The notes: a model not told the origin generated them from the letters alone. A stretch of 34,265 nt of DNA from an uncultured Bacilli bacterium (GCA_947585885.1 CANPXI010000001.1:1-34265), one strand, 5' to 3'; counted from the stretch's first letter, positions 6,368 to 16,454 are shown. Translations and numbers: made by a program.

Positions 6368-8368
6368 ATGGGTAAATATAAATTATTAAAAATCATAGGT
6401 GGAATACTTATTATATTATCAATTCTTTCAGTAGGAACTTCTATTTATAGCATATACTTACTAAAAGGAATAGAAACTTTTTATAGAATAATGTTTTCTA
6501 TATTTATGGTATTATTACTAATATTACTATTATATACTCTCATAGATAGCATTAAATTTAACAAAAAGAAAAAATTCATAATAACAGGAATATTAACATT
6601 CTTGCTTACTATTATATCTGTAGCAATAGCCGTAGTAATATTTGTAGTATATTCTAAACTAGATAACATGACAGCAAGTACCAAAGAAAAATACAAAACA
6701 GTACTTATAAGTTTAGAAGAACAAAAAGATATAAAAGACTTAAAAGATTTAACAATAGGTATAGTAAATAATGAAGAAGATATAGAAGGATATATTCTCC
6801 CAGGAGAAGTAATAAGTAAATATAAATTAAAATCTACTAATAAAATAAAAGAATATGATGATACATTAACACTAATGCAAGCATTACTTAATAAAGAAGT
6901 AGATGCAATATTTATTGGTCATAATTATGAAGGAAGATTCTTAAATTTAGAAAATTTTGATCAAAAAACTAAATTTTATGAAATATATGATTATGAAAAA
7001 GAATACGAAAAAGAGGAAGAAGAGGAAGACACTGAAGTTACAAAAATAACTGATCCATTCACAATATTACTTCTAGGTGTCGACTCAGAAGAAGACGAAC
7101 TTAAAAGTACAGCATCTTTTAATGGTGACACAATAATGTTAGTTGCAGTTGACCCTGAAACTCTTCATGCTACTATGTTTAGTATACCAAGAGATACTTA
7201 TGTACCAATGGCTTGTGGTGGAGGAACAACAAAAATAACACATGCAGCCTGGGGTGGAACTAACTGTGTAGTAAAAACAGTAGAAAACTTAACTGGCATA
7301 AAAATAAATTACTATATGAAAATTAACTTTAGAGGTGTAGTAGATTTAGTTGATAAACTAGGTGGAATAACAGTTGATGTACCAGTTCAGTTCTGTGAAT
7401 CAAATTCACACAGATGGACAGGAAAAGAATGGCAAATATGCTTAAATCCTGGAGTACAAACTCTAAATGGAGAACAAGCCTTGGCTTTATCTAGACATAG
7501 AAAAACACTACCTCTAGGTGACTTCCAAAGAGGCCAAAATCAACAATTAGTTGTTGAAGCAATGCTAAATAAATTAAAAACTTTAAGAAGCGTAGATGAC
7601 TTCTATGCTGTTCTAAATACAATAAGTAAAAACATAGAAACTAATATGAGTGTTGATAAAATGTTATCCTTCTATAATGTTGGTAAATCAATATTAATGA
7701 AAGATGATGATGTACAACTTAATATAACAAAAACATTCTTAACAGGTTATGATTTATACGTATGGGAAGGATACATGGAACTATATACTTTCCAATATTA
7801 TAGACAAAGTCTTGCTGATATAGTTGATGCGATGAAAATTAATTTAAGACAAAAATCAGCGCCAATAATTAAGACATTCTCATTTAGTATAAATAAGAAA
7901 TATGAGAAAGAAATAGTAGGTCAAACTTATTATAGTGAAACAAGAGAAGAACTGATACCTTACTTTACTGCAAATTCTCTAGCATGGGCACAAAGCTGGG
8001 CAGCAGCAAGAGGATTCACAATAACAGTAAAAGAACAAGAAAGTAGTGATCCACAGTATTCTGATGGACAAATAATTGCTCAAAGTGTTCATGGTCATGT
8101 ATTAGTATCAAAAGCTTCAAAGAATATAACACTTACTGTAATAAAAAAGGTAGAAGCTCCTACTGATCCTAGTGAAGAAGATCCAACAGATCCAGGTGAA
8201 GTAACACCACCAGAAGAAGAAGTACCAGGTGGACCAACTACTGGAGGAAGTTCTGGTGAAGAATCAGGCGGAGAATCTAGCGGAGAAACTGGGGACACAG
8301 GAAATACAGGTGGCTCTGAAGGTTCAACTGGAGGAAGTACAGATACTCCTGACCCAGGTGGAGAATGA
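6368..8368 (+). CDS. LytR-CpsA-Psr (LCP) family glycopolymer-peptidoglycan ligase with extra N-terminal TMs, an inserted extracellular domain, a PASTA-like domain and an acidic Gly/Ser/Thr/Pro/Glu tail
   Basis: Three N-terminal TMs. LCP core motifs are ILLLGVDS, GDTIMLVAVDPE, FSIPRDTYV, INYYMKINFRGVVDLVDKLGGITVDV and ALALSRHRK. The PASTA-like segment is FTANSLAWAQSWAAARGFTITVKEQ...DGQIIAQSVHGHVLVSKASKNITLTV. The tail starts around 8155. Confidence 0.85.
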   Translation: MGKYKLLKIIGGILIILSILSVGTSIYSIYLLKGIETFYRIMFSIFMVLLLILLLYTLIDSIKFNKKKKFIITGILTFLLTIISVAIAVVIFVVYSKLDNMTASTKEKYKTVLISLEEQKDIKDLKDLTIGIVNNEEDIEGYILPGEVISKYKLKSTNKIKEYDDTLTLMQALLNKEVDAIFIGHNYEGRFLNLENFDQKTKFYEIYDYEKEYEKEEEEEDTEVTKITDPFTILLLGVDSEEDELKSTASFNGDTIMLVAVDPETLHATMFSIPRDTYVPMACGGGTTKITHAAWGGTNCVVKTVENLTGIKINYYMKINFRGVVDLVDKLGGITVDVPVQFCESNSHRWTGKEWQICLNPGVQTLNGEQALALSRHRKTLPLGDFQRGQNQQLVVEAMLNKLKTLRSVDDFYAVLNTISKNIETNMSVDKMLSFYNVGKSILMKDDDVQLNITKTFLTGYDLYVWEGYMELYTFQYYRQSLADIVDAMKINLRQKSAPIIKTFSFSINKKYEKEIVGQTYYSETREELIPYFTANSLAWAQSWAAARGFTITVKEQESSDPQYSDGQIIAQSVHGHVLVSKASKNITLTVIKKVEAPTDPSEEDPTDPGEVTPPEEEVPGGPTTGGSSGEESGGESSGETGDTGNTGGSEGSTGGSTDTPDPGGE

Positions 8369-8379
8369 AGCAATTAATA

Positions 8380-8405
8380 ATAACACCCTCGTGGTGTTAT
8401 TTTTC
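8380..8405 (+). terminator. Rho-independent terminator after the LCP gene
   Basis: ATAACACC (8380-8387), loop CTCGT, GGTGTTAT (8393-8400), then TTTT (8401-8404). Confidence 0.7.
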
Positions 8406-8427
8406 TATTCCTTAAATAAAATATACG

Positions 8428-8436
8428 TGTTATAAT
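8428..8436 (+). promoter_or_regulatory. Extended -10 element (TGtTATAAT) upstream of the acetyltransferase/wzy-like/tagO/gpsA operon
   Basis: TG at 8428-8429 and TATAAT at 8431-8436. The SD AGGTGA is at 8443-8448. Confidence 0.45.
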
Positions 8437-8452
8437 TTTAATAGGTGAACTT

Positions 8453-8995
8453 ATGAAAAGTTATGTAAAAACTCAATTAATGAGAATAAGAATATTTTTA
8501 ATACCCGATATGAAAAAAAGAACAAAATACATAGTAAAGAAAAACATATTTTATAAAGTAGGAGACAATTTTAACTTCCAACCAAGAAAAATACCAGCAG
8601 AACCTAAACTAATAAAATTTGGAAACAATGTAACAGTAGCAAGTGATGTTACATTTATAACACATGACATATTTCATGAAGTATTACAAAATTTAAATAA
8701 AGGTGAGTTTACTTATTATGCAAGAGCAATAGAAATAGGAGATAATGTTTTTATAGGTAGTAACACAACAATACTCCCAAATGTAAAAATAGGAAACAAT
8801 GTTTTTATAGGAGCAGGTTCAGTAGTAACTAAAGATATAGAAGATAATTCTGTAGTAGTTGGTAATACTGCAAAAAAAATAAAAACATTTGATGAATACT
8901 TAGAAAAAAGAAAAGAATTTGAAAAAGAACAAGTAAACACTTATGACATTGAATCAGTGTGGAGAAAATTTAACGATGAAAAATATAATAAATAA
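8453..8995 (+). CDS. Hexapeptide-repeat (left-handed beta-helix) sugar O-acetyltransferase
   Basis: Hexapeptide repeats IGDNVFIGSNTTILPNVKIGNNVFIGAGSVVTKDIEDNSVVVGNTAK. Confidence 0.75.
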   Translation: MKSYVKTQLMRIRIFLIPDMKKRTKYIVKKNIFYKVGDNFNFQPRKIPAEPKLIKFGNNVTVASDVTFITHDIFHEVLQNLNKGEFTYYARAIEIGDNVFIGSNTTILPNVKIGNNVFIGAGSVVTKDIEDNSVVVGNTAKKIKTFDEYLEKRKEFEKEQVNTYDIESVWRKFNDEKYNK

Positions 8996-10223
8996 TATAA
9001 AAAATAAACTGCCTATTATAGTTATAATATTTTTATATATTCAGCCATTTTTAGATGTAACAAATGCATTATTAAATAAAATAAATATTTTAAATAACAT
9101 AACTAGTATAATAAGATTTTTATTTGTAGCATTTATGTTAATATACTTAATAATAGAAAAATATAAAAATAAAAAAACTATTCTTATTTACATAACCATA
9201 TTGTTATTAACTATCATTACTCATTTAGGAATAATGTATTACATAAACCCTTCAACTATATTTATAAACTTAAGATATACATTATCAACATATTATTTTA
9301 TATTTATACTTTTATCCTTTTATGTTTTATACCAAAATAATAATTTTAATAAAAAACATTTACAAATAATATTTATAATATATTTATTATTTATATTAGT
9401 TCCAAATATATTTAATATTGGCTTTAAAACTTACTGGCATAGTAAATTAGGTAGTACTGGTTGGTTTAAATCAGCTAATGTCACTGGTTCTATAATATTA
9501 ATATTATTTGTTACTACAATAAATGAATTTAAAAAATCTAAACTAATATATAAAATAATAACAATAATGTTAATATTATTCACATTCTTTAATCTAGGAA
9601 CAAAAACCCCAGCACTAGGACTTATTATATTATTAATAATAAATATAATTTTTATGATATATAAAATAATAAAAAATAAAAATAAAAAAGGCTTAATAAT
9701 AACACTAGCACTAATATTATTAACAACGTTATGTAGTGTAGTACTAATACCTAAAACCACATTCTATAAAAACATAATGATACATTATAATTATTTACAA
9801 GAAAATAATAAAACGAGTAGTTATGAACTAATAGATAACATGATATTTAGTGAAAGACTAACATTCGTAAAAAACACAAATAAAATATATAAAAATAGTA
9901 GTATATTAGAAAAACTATTCGGAATAGGTTATATAGAAAATAATATCCAAAAAATAATAGAAATTGATTACTTTGATATATTTTATAGAGAAGGAATAAT
10001 TGGATTTATACTATACTTTATACCAATAATATTAATAACTATAAAATACTTAAAAAATATAAAACCGAACTTTGAAAAAATAAATGATTTATATGCATTA
10101 ATATTAATATTTATACTAGCCCTATTTCAAGGACATATGTTTATAACTCCAGCAATAAGTATTTTTATAGCATTAATATTAGTAATAAATAGTAAAGAGG
10201 TGAATTATGAATTTAACAATTAA
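8976..10223 (+). CDS. Polytopic membrane protein, O-antigen ligase/polymerase-like (Wzy_C / TuaE-like)
   Basis: About 10-12 predicted TM segments. It has a WHSKLGSTGWFKSANVTG loop and a late DYFDIFYREGIIGFILY motif like the Wzy_C core. I prefer the ATG at 8976 (GGAGA about 10 nt upstream) to the track start at 8943. Confidence 0.55.
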   Translation: MKNIINNIKNKLPIIVIIFLYIQPFLDVTNALLNKINILNNITSIIRFLFVAFMLIYLIIEKYKNKKTILIYITILLLTIITHLGIMYYINPSTIFINLRYTLSTYYFIFILLSFYVLYQNNNFNKKHLQIIFIIYLLFILVPNIFNIGFKTYWHSKLGSTGWFKSANVTGSIILILFVTTINEFKKSKLIYKIITIMLILFTFFNLGTKTPALGLIILLIINIIFMIYKIIKNKNKKGLIITLALILLTTLCSVVLIPKTTFYKNIMIHYNYLQENNKTSSYELIDNMIFSERLTFVKNTNKIYKNSSILEKLFGIGYIENNIQKIIEIDYFDIFYREGIIGFILYFIPIILITIKYLKNIKPNFEKINDLYALILIFILALFQGHMFITPAISIFIALILVINSKEVNYEFNN

Positions 10224-11247
10224 TGGTCATAATATATTATTAATAGTATTTGTAACATTTGTATCTTCCATAATATTTGTAGGACTAGCTAAAAAAATAG
10301 CTGAATATATAGGTGCAATAGACGTACCAAATAAAAGAAGTGCTCATACAAAACCAACTCCTCTTTTAGGTGGAATAGGAATATTTTTGTCATTCCTACT
10401 TGGTTATATGCTTTTCGGTAGAGAAAGCACTCTTATGCTGTCTGTTCTAATGAGTTCATTCTTAATACTACTACTAGGCGTATTTGACGATATAAAACCA
10501 ATAAAAGCAAGATACAAAATAATAGTCCATTTCTTAGTTGCAGTAATAGTGGTTTTCTATGGAGGACTAGAACTAACAAACTTTGATATATTTGGTTATG
10601 TGTTTAATTTTGGACAACTTAGCCCATTTATAACAATACTAATAATCATGGGAATAATAAATGCAATAAACTTAATAGATGGCCTTGATGGCTTATGTGC
10701 AGGTATCTCTTCAATATACTTTTTAACAATTGGAATAATTGCAGTAATACTAAATAAACTTGGAGGACTTGACATAACTCTTTCATTCATAATGCTTGGT
10801 TCTACTTTAGGTTTCTTAGTATACAATTTCCCACCAGCAAAAATATTTATGGGTGACACCGGTAGCACATTCTTAGGACTAATGATAAGTGTAATAATGC
10901 TTCTTGGTTTTAAAACAGTAACACTTACTTCTCTAGTAGTCCCACTAGTATTATTAATACTTCCAATAACAGACACATTATTTGCAATAATAAGACGCGC
11001 TATTCATAAAAAGAACATAGGTGAACCTGATAAAGAACACATTCATCATCAATTATTAAAAAAACTATCAACAAGAAAAACAATAATAACAATATATATA
11101 ATAAATATAATTTTTAGTATAATAACAATATTCTATGCAACAGGAAGAAAACAAGAAATGATAATATTCTATATTTTAATGGCATTCATACTACTTTTCT
11201 TAATTTTTAAAACTAATGTTATATTTGATAAAAAGGAGAAAAAATGA
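10207..11247 (+). CDS. tagO: Undecaprenyl-phosphate N-acetylhexosamine-1-phosphate transferase (GT4 MraY/WecA/TagO family), the initiating enzyme
   Basis: Motifs FDDIKPIKARYK, NAINLIDGLDGL and FMGDTGSTFLG in a polytopic membrane protein. Confidence 0.85.
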   Translation: MNLTINGHNILLIVFVTFVSSIIFVGLAKKIAEYIGAIDVPNKRSAHTKPTPLLGGIGIFLSFLLGYMLFGRESTLMLSVLMSSFLILLLGVFDDIKPIKARYKIIVHFLVAVIVVFYGGLELTNFDIFGYVFNFGQLSPFITILIIMGIINAINLIDGLDGLCAGISSIYFLTIGIIAVILNKLGGLDITLSFIMLGSTLGFLVYNFPPAKIFMGDTGSTFLGLMISVIMLLGFKTVTLTSLVVPLVLLILPITDTLFAIIRRAIHKKNIGEPDKEHIHHQLLKKLSTRKTIITIYIINIIFSIITIFYATGRKQEMIIFYILMAFILLFLIFKTNVIFDKKEKK

Positions 11248-12212
11248 AAGTATGTATAATAGGTTCAGGAGCTTTTGGAATTGCACTTGCAAGCATATTT
11301 AATAAAAACAAACATAACATAATACTTTACTCTAATAATAAAAGTGAAGTAAAAGAATTAAAAGAAAAAAGAATAAGCCCAAAACTTCCTAATTATGAAA
11401 TAAATAAAAATATAAAAATAACTGGAAGCCTAAGAAGAGCAATAAATAAAAGTGACTTAGTAGTAATTGCAGTACCAGCTCATGCTATTGACTCAGTATG
11501 TGAAAAAATATCTACTCATATAACAAAAACAATGCACATTTTAATCGCAACAAAAGGAATAGAAAACGATACTTGTTCATTCTTAAATGAAGTAGTAGAA
11601 AGACACATAAACACAAATAAAATAGCTGTAATATCTGGCCCATCTTTTGCAGTAGACATAGTAAAAGATATACCTGTTGGTTTTAGTCTTGCAACAACTA
11701 ATGTAAGAACACAAAACTTAATAAAATCTTTAATGGAAAACGATAAAACAAAACTAAGAGTAACACAAGACATAATTGGTGTTGAAATATGTGGCGCTAT
11801 AAAAAATGTAATGGCAATAGCTTCAGGTATGTTAGAAGGAATGAAAGTAACAGACACAACAAAAGCATTATTTCTAACAGAAAGCCTAAACGATATAAAA
11901 GAACTTATTGATGCTCTAGGTGGAAACAAAAAAACAATATTATCTTTTGCAGGTTTTGGTGACATTCTTATGACTTGTACAAGCCCAAATAGTAGAAACT
12001 TTACATATGGTAAACTAATCGGAGAAGGGAAAATAAAAGAAGCAGAAAAATATATAGAAAACACAACAGTTGAAGGCTTATACACATTAAAATCAATTAA
12101 AGAATTAATAAAAAGAGAACATGTAAAAATGCCTATAGTAAACTTAATAAGTGACATAATTACAAATAATAAAGAAAAAGAAGAATTACTAAACTTTTTA
12201 ATAAACAAATAG
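11244..12212 (+). CDS. gpsA: NAD(P)H-dependent glycerol-3-phosphate dehydrogenase
   Basis: MKVCIIGSGAFGIALA Rossmann start, ISGPSFA and GAIKNVMAIASG motifs. ATGA overlap with tagO, and an AAGGAG SD. Confidence 0.9.
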   Translation: MKVCIIGSGAFGIALASIFNKNKHNIILYSNNKSEVKELKEKRISPKLPNYEINKNIKITGSLRRAINKSDLVVIAVPAHAIDSVCEKISTHITKTMHILIATKGIENDTCSFLNEVVERHINTNKIAVISGPSFAVDIVKDIPVGFSLATTNVRTQNLIKSLMENDKTKLRVTQDIIGVEICGAIKNVMAIASGMLEGMKVTDTTKALFLTESLNDIKELIDALGGNKKTILSFAGFGDILMTCTSPNSRNFTYGKLIGEGKIKEAEKYIENTTVEGLYTLKSIKELIKREHVKMPIVNLISDIITNNKEKEELLNFLINK

Positions 12213-12241
12213 AATCTGTTTTCATAACAAATTCTTTTTTT
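12211..12241 (+). terminator. Probable rho-independent terminator after gpsA
   Basis: AGAATCTGTT (12211-12220) pairs with AACAAATTCT (12226-12235). The stem is 10 bp with one C-A mismatch and a 5-nt loop, followed by T6-7. Confidence 0.55.
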
Positions 12242-12243
12242 CT

Positions 12244-12271
12244 TTAAGAACATTATTTAATATGATATAAT
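12244..12271 (+). promoter_or_regulatory. Promoter of the pssA-like gene
   Basis: TTAAGA (12244-12249), 16-nt spacer containing TG (12263-12264), TATAAT (12266-12271). Confidence 0.5.
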
Positions 12272-12292
12272 CTTAAAAGAAAGTGGTGTTAT

Positions 12293-12910
12293 ATGAAAGT
12301 AATAGGTATTTATAGGAAATGTGATTTAGTAACTATGTTAGGAACATGTTTTGCAGTAACAGGAATAATTTTTGCATTTAATTTAAAAACAATCTGGGCT
12401 ATATTTTGCTTAATATTTGCTGCAATATGTGATGCATTTGATGGAGTAGTAGCAAGACGTTTTAAAAGTTTAAAAGATAATGAAATTTATGGAATTGAAT
12501 TAGATTCTTTAAGTGATGTAATAAGTTTTGGAGTACTACCTGCTATCATAGCATTAAACTTAATAAATAATAACATATATGGATATGCTGTATGTATATT
12601 CTTTGTATTATGTGGAGTCATAAGACTTGCTTATTTTAATATGCTTGCATCCACTAAAAAAGGAAGTAATAAAGAATTTATTGGTTTACCTATAACAGCA
12701 AGTGCAATAATATTACCTTTAGTTTATTTTGTATGTTATTTAATAAATGCTAAATACATTAACATAATAATACCTATAACTTTACTAATAACAGGTATAC
12801 TATTTATATGTCCATTAAAAATAAAAAAACCAACATTTAGAGAAAAACTAATATTATCAGTACTAGGAATATTAGCTATATTAATAGCTTTATATAAAAT
12901 ATATTTCTGA
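12293..12910 (+). CDS. pssA: CDP-alcohol phosphatidyltransferase, phosphatidylserine-synthase-like
   Basis: Carries the CDP-alcohol transferase signature D-x2-DG-x2-AR...G-x3-D-x3-D (CDAFDGVVARRF...GIELDSLSDVISFGVLPA). The protein is small and polytopic, like clostridial PssA. Confidence 0.65.
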   Translation: MKVIGIYRKCDLVTMLGTCFAVTGIIFAFNLKTIWAIFCLIFAAICDAFDGVVARRFKSLKDNEIYGIELDSLSDVISFGVLPAIIALNLINNNIYGYAVCIFFVLCGVIRLAYFNMLASTKKGSNKEFIGLPITASAIILPLVYFVCYLINAKYINIIIPITLLITGILFICPLKIKKPTFREKLILSVLGILAILIALYKIYF

Positions 12911-12914
12911 TAAA

Positions 12915-12944
12915 TTGGACAATTAAGTATTATTTTAGTAAAAT
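12915..12944 (+). promoter_or_regulatory. Candidate promoter of the first GT2 gene
   Basis: TTGGAC (12915-12920), 18-nt spacer, TAAAAT (12939-12944). The SD AGGTGA is at 12951-12956. Confidence 0.4.
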
Positions 12945-12961
12945 TAATATAGGTGAATTAA

Positions 12962-13900
12962 ATGGAAGATTTAGTAAGTATTATAGTTCCCGTTCATAAT
13001 AGTAGTAAATATCTTAGTGCTTGTTTAGAAAGTATAATAAATCAAACATACAAAAATATTGAAATAATCTGTATTGAAAATGGAAGCACTGATAATAGTC
13101 TAGAAATACTAAATAACTATAAAGATAAAATAAGATTAATTATAATGAAAAAGTCAGGCTTAAGCCTAGCAAGAAACACAGGAATAAATGCATCTAATGG
13201 TAAATATATTTCATTTGTGGATAGTGATGATTTTATAGAAAATACATATATTGAAGATTTATTAAAAACTTTAAAAAAAAATAACAGTGAATTAAGTATC
13301 TGTAATTATAATGAAATTCATGAAGAAGAAAATAAAAAAGTTAAAACAAAATCTTATCCAAATAAACTAATTTATGAAAAAGAAATAAAAGAAAATTTAG
13401 TAAACTTTAACTATGCCATATGGAACAAATTATATATAAAAGAAATAATAATTAAAAACAAAATATATTTTCCAGAAAATTTAAAATATGAAGACATCCC
13501 ATTTGTACTAAAATACCTTACTAAAATAAAATCAATTTCAAAAACTGAAAAATATTTATATAACTATTTAATTCATACAAATAGTGAACAAACAACAGTA
13601 GATGAAAGATTACTTAATATGATAGACATAATGAATTTATGTAAGAGTATTACAAAAAAAGAATACTTAGAAGACTTATATATAAAATCACTAATAACAT
13701 ATTCCCTAAAAACAAGATATTTAAAAAATAATAAATTAAGAAAAGAAATAATAAATAAATTTTATAAAGAATTAAATAAAACATATCCTAAATGGAAAAA
13801 AAGTAATTATATAAAATCAATGAATCAATTAAAACAAATAATAATAAAAAATAAAATATTAGTTATAATATATACGAAATGTTATAGTATACTAAATTGA
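12962..13900 (+). CDS. Family-2 glycosyltransferase
   Basis: VSIIVPVHNSSKYLSACLESIINQTY ... FVDSDDF. The C-terminal YPKWKKSNYIKS motif is shared with the GT2 at 16451. Confidence 0.85.
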   Translation: MEDLVSIIVPVHNSSKYLSACLESIINQTYKNIEIICIENGSTDNSLEILNNYKDKIRLIIMKKSGLSLARNTGINASNGKYISFVDSDDFIENTYIEDLLKTLKKNNSELSICNYNEIHEEENKKVKTKSYPNKLIYEKEIKENLVNFNYAIWNKLYIKEIIIKNKIYFPENLKYEDIPFVLKYLTKIKSISKTEKYLYNYLIHTNSEQTTVDERLLNMIDIMNLCKSITKKEYLEDLYIKSLITYSLKTRYLKNNKLRKEIINKFYKELNKTYPKWKKSNYIKSMNQLKQIIIKNKILVIIYTKCYSILN

Positions 13901-13924
13901 ATTATAGAAATAAAATGTTATAAT
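13897..13924 (+). promoter_or_regulatory. Promoter of tagG/tagH
   Basis: TTGAAT (13897-13902, overlapping the upstream stop), 16-nt spacer with TG (13916-13917), TATAAT (13919-13924). An AAGGAG SD follows. Confidence 0.55.
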
Positions 13925-13944
13925 AAAAATAAGGAGCACAAAAA

Positions 13945-14751
13945 ATGATCAAATCAATGTTTTTAAATTTAAAAAAATATTCATTCTTAATGTCCCAACT
14001 AATTCTAAAAGATTTTAAAGTAAAATATAAAAGAAGTGTTTTAGGTATATTATGGAGTTTACTATATCCAGTATTAATGATGAGTGTAATGGCCTTAGTA
14101 TTTACAAACATGTTTAGATTTAGAATGGAAGGAGTAAACTATCTTGTTTACCTAATCACTGGTTTAGTTATATGGAATTATTTTAACGAAGCAACCCAAT
14201 TAGGAATGGGATCAATAATATCTAGTTTTCCATTAATAAATAAAGTATATATACCAAAATATATATTGCCTTTAAGTAAATGTCTATTTGTTGGAATAAA
14301 TTTTTTACTATCTTTAATACCGCTTATGTTAATAGTTTTATTTACTGGTAATGTTGCAGAAGGAACAAAATGTTATATAAACATATATTATTTAATTATT
14401 CCATTTATAGTTCTATGTGCTTTCATGTTTACTCTAGGAGTAAGTTATATACTATCTTGCTTTGCCGTATTTTTAAGAGATACTATTTATATATATGGTA
14501 TAATGTTAACAATTTGGCAATATTTCACACCACTATTTTATTCAATAGAAATATTACCAGGATGGTTACAAAAAATATTTGTATTAAACCCACTTTATAT
14601 TTATATTAACTCAATAAGAGAAATAATATTATTTTCACGAATGCCATCTATACCTTATTTAATAATGTGTTTCCTATCTGGGGCAGTAGTATTATTACTA
14701 GGTTTAATAATATTTAAGAAAAATCAAGATAAATTTATTTACTATGCATAA
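13945..14751 (+). CDS. tagG: ABC-2-type polysaccharide/teichoic-acid export permease
   Basis: Six-TM ABC-2 architecture with an N-terminal LILKDFKVKYKRSVLGILWSLLYP motif. It sits directly upstream of the cognate ATPase. Confidence 0.8.
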   Translation: MIKSMFLNLKKYSFLMSQLILKDFKVKYKRSVLGILWSLLYPVLMMSVMALVFTNMFRFRMEGVNYLVYLITGLVIWNYFNEATQLGMGSIISSFPLINKVYIPKYILPLSKCLFVGINFLLSLIPLMLIVLFTGNVAEGTKCYINIYYLIIPFIVLCAFMFTLGVSYILSCFAVFLRDTIYIYGIMLTIWQYFTPLFYSIEILPGWLQKIFVLNPLYIYINSIREIILFSRMPSIPYLIMCFLSGAVVLLLGLIIFKKNQDKFIYYA

Positions 14752-14779
14752 TTTATAAGAAAGGATTAAATTAAATACT

Positions 14780-15526
14780 ATGATAAAAATTAATAATGTT
14801 TCTATGAGATTTAATTTAGGAGTAGAAAAAAATAATTCTTTAAAAAACGTATTTATAAGAATATTATCATTTAAAAAAAGAAAAAAAGAAGAATTTTGGG
14901 CACTAAAAGATGTAACATTTAATATAGAAAGAGGAGAAGTAATTGGCCTAATTGGCTCAAATGGAGCAGGTAAAAGTACTTTATTAAAAGTAGTAAGTGG
15001 AGTAATGAAACCAACAAAAGGATCAGTAAAAGTAAATGGTGTAATATCCCCAATGATAGAATTAGGAGCTGGTTTTGATCCAGAACTTACTGCAAGAGAA
15101 AATATATACTTAAATGGTGCAATACTAGGATATTCAAAAAAATTCTTAAATGAAAAATTTGATGAAATTGTAGAATTTTCAGAACTAAAAAATTTCTTAG
15201 ATGTTCCTGTAAAAAACTTTTCTTCTGGTATGACCGCAAAATTAGCTTTTAGTATAGCAACAGTTGTAGATCCAGAAATACTAATTGTAGACGAAATACT
15301 TTCTGTAGGTGACATAAAATTCCAAGAAAAAAGCAAAAACAAAATGCTTTCAATGATAACAGGTGGTACTACTGTATTATATGTATCACACTCACTTGAT
15401 TCAATAAAAGAACTTTGTACAAAAGTAGTATGGTTAGATCATGGCCAAGTAGTTAAAATAGGAGATCCAAAAACAATATGTGATGAATACTATGAAAAAT
15501 TAATGGGAAAGAAAAATGAAAAATAA
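14780..15526 (+). CDS. tagH: Polysaccharide/teichoic-acid export ABC ATPase (short form)
   Basis: Walker A GSNGAGKST, signature FSSGMTAKLAF, Walker B ILIVDE, H-loop SH. Confidence 0.85.
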   Translation: MIKINNVSMRFNLGVEKNNSLKNVFIRILSFKKRKKEEFWALKDVTFNIERGEVIGLIGSNGAGKSTLLKVVSGVMKPTKGSVKVNGVISPMIELGAGFDPELTARENIYLNGAILGYSKKFLNEKFDEIVEFSELKNFLDVPVKNFSSGMTAKLAFSIATVVDPEILIVDEILSVGDIKFQEKSKNKMLSMITGGTTVLYVSHSLDSIKELCTKVVWLDHGQVVKIGDPKTICDEYYEKLMGKKNEK

Positions 15527-16454
15527 ATTTAGTTTAATCGTACCAGTTTATAATGTAGAAAAATATTTGGAAAAATGCTTAAATAGCATAATAAATCAAA
15601 CATATAAAGACTTTGAAGTTATAATAGTTATTGATGGCTCCAAAGATAATAGTGAAAGCATTTGTAAAAAATATGCAGAAAACGATAACAGAATAAAAAT
15701 AATAAAACAAAAAAACAAAGGATTATCAGAAGCTAGAAACGAAGGAATAAAAAAAGCGACAGGAGACTATTTACTCTTTATAGATAGTGATGATTTTATA
15801 GAATTAAATCTTTTAGAAACTTTAAATAATGCATTAGAAAAAGATATTGATTTAATACGCTTTCAAGCAAACAACATAATAGATGAAAAAATAATTCCAT
15901 ATAATGAAACACCATTTGAAACAACAAATGGATTAGATGCATTTAATAAAATAAGAAAATATCATTATGTAGAACCAGTATGGGTTTATTTATATAATAA
16001 AAAATTTTGGGATAAACATAATTTTAAATATGTAAAAGATTGTGTCGCAGAAGATTATGGTTTAATTCCATATGTAATTGCATGTGCAAAAACAGTAAAA
16101 TCTATTAATTATATAGGATATAACTACATAACAAGAGTTGGTAGTTTAATGACAAGTAAAGATTATTCTAAAAAAATAAAAAGAATAGAAGATATGATAT
16201 TTCAAAGAAATAATTTAAAAGAAAAATTAAGCACCATAAATAATAGTGAAAACATTTTGGCATTTCTAAATGATGCTTTAATATATCACATAACAACTCT
16301 AAATAAAAAAGACTACAAAAAATATAATAAAAAACTAAAAGAATTAAATTGTTATGATTTATTAAAAACAGATACACTAAAACATAAAATAAAAAAAATG
16401 ATATTAGTTCATAATTCATGGTTCTTTTACCATTATCTTGTGAGGTTTTTATGA
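15516..16454 (+). CDS. Family-2 glycosyltransferase
   Basis: FSLIVPVYNVEKYLEKCLNSIINQTY ... FIDSDDF. Confidence 0.85.
   Translation: MKNKFSLIVPVYNVEKYLEKCLNSIINQTYKDFEVIIVIDGSKDNSESICKKYAENDNRIKIIKQKNKGLSEARNEGIKKATGDYLLFIDSDDFIELNLLETLNNALEKDIDLIRFQANNIIDEKIIPYNETPFETTNGLDAFNKIRKYHYVEPVWVYLYNKKFWDKHNFKYVKDCVAEDYGLIPYVIACAKTVKSINYIGYNYITRVGSLMTSKDYSKKIKRIEDMIFQRNNLKEKLSTINNSENILAFLNDALIYHITTLNKKDYKKYNKKLKELNCYDLLKTDTLKHKIKKMILVHNSWFFYHYLVRFL

Noticed and set aside
8366-8368. An alternative (Mollicutes-type, TGA=Trp) genetic code, considered because of the extreme AT richness.
   Set aside because: TGA ends well-defined genes at sensible C-termini (LCP at 8366-8368, pssA-like at 12908-12910, GT2 at 13898-13900). 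All long ORFs are intact under the standard code, and the locus encodes wall-polymer machinery that wall-less Mollicutes would not be expected to have.
8095-8435. A Pro/Ser/Gly-rich 92-aa ORF on the - strand (8095..8373) and a 68-aa + strand ORF (8229..8435) over the end of the LCP gene.
   Set aside because: Both are frame shadows of the relatively GC-rich Gly/Ser/Glu/Thr/Pro tail of the LCP protein. The + strand ORF also runs through the intrinsic terminator at 8380-8405.
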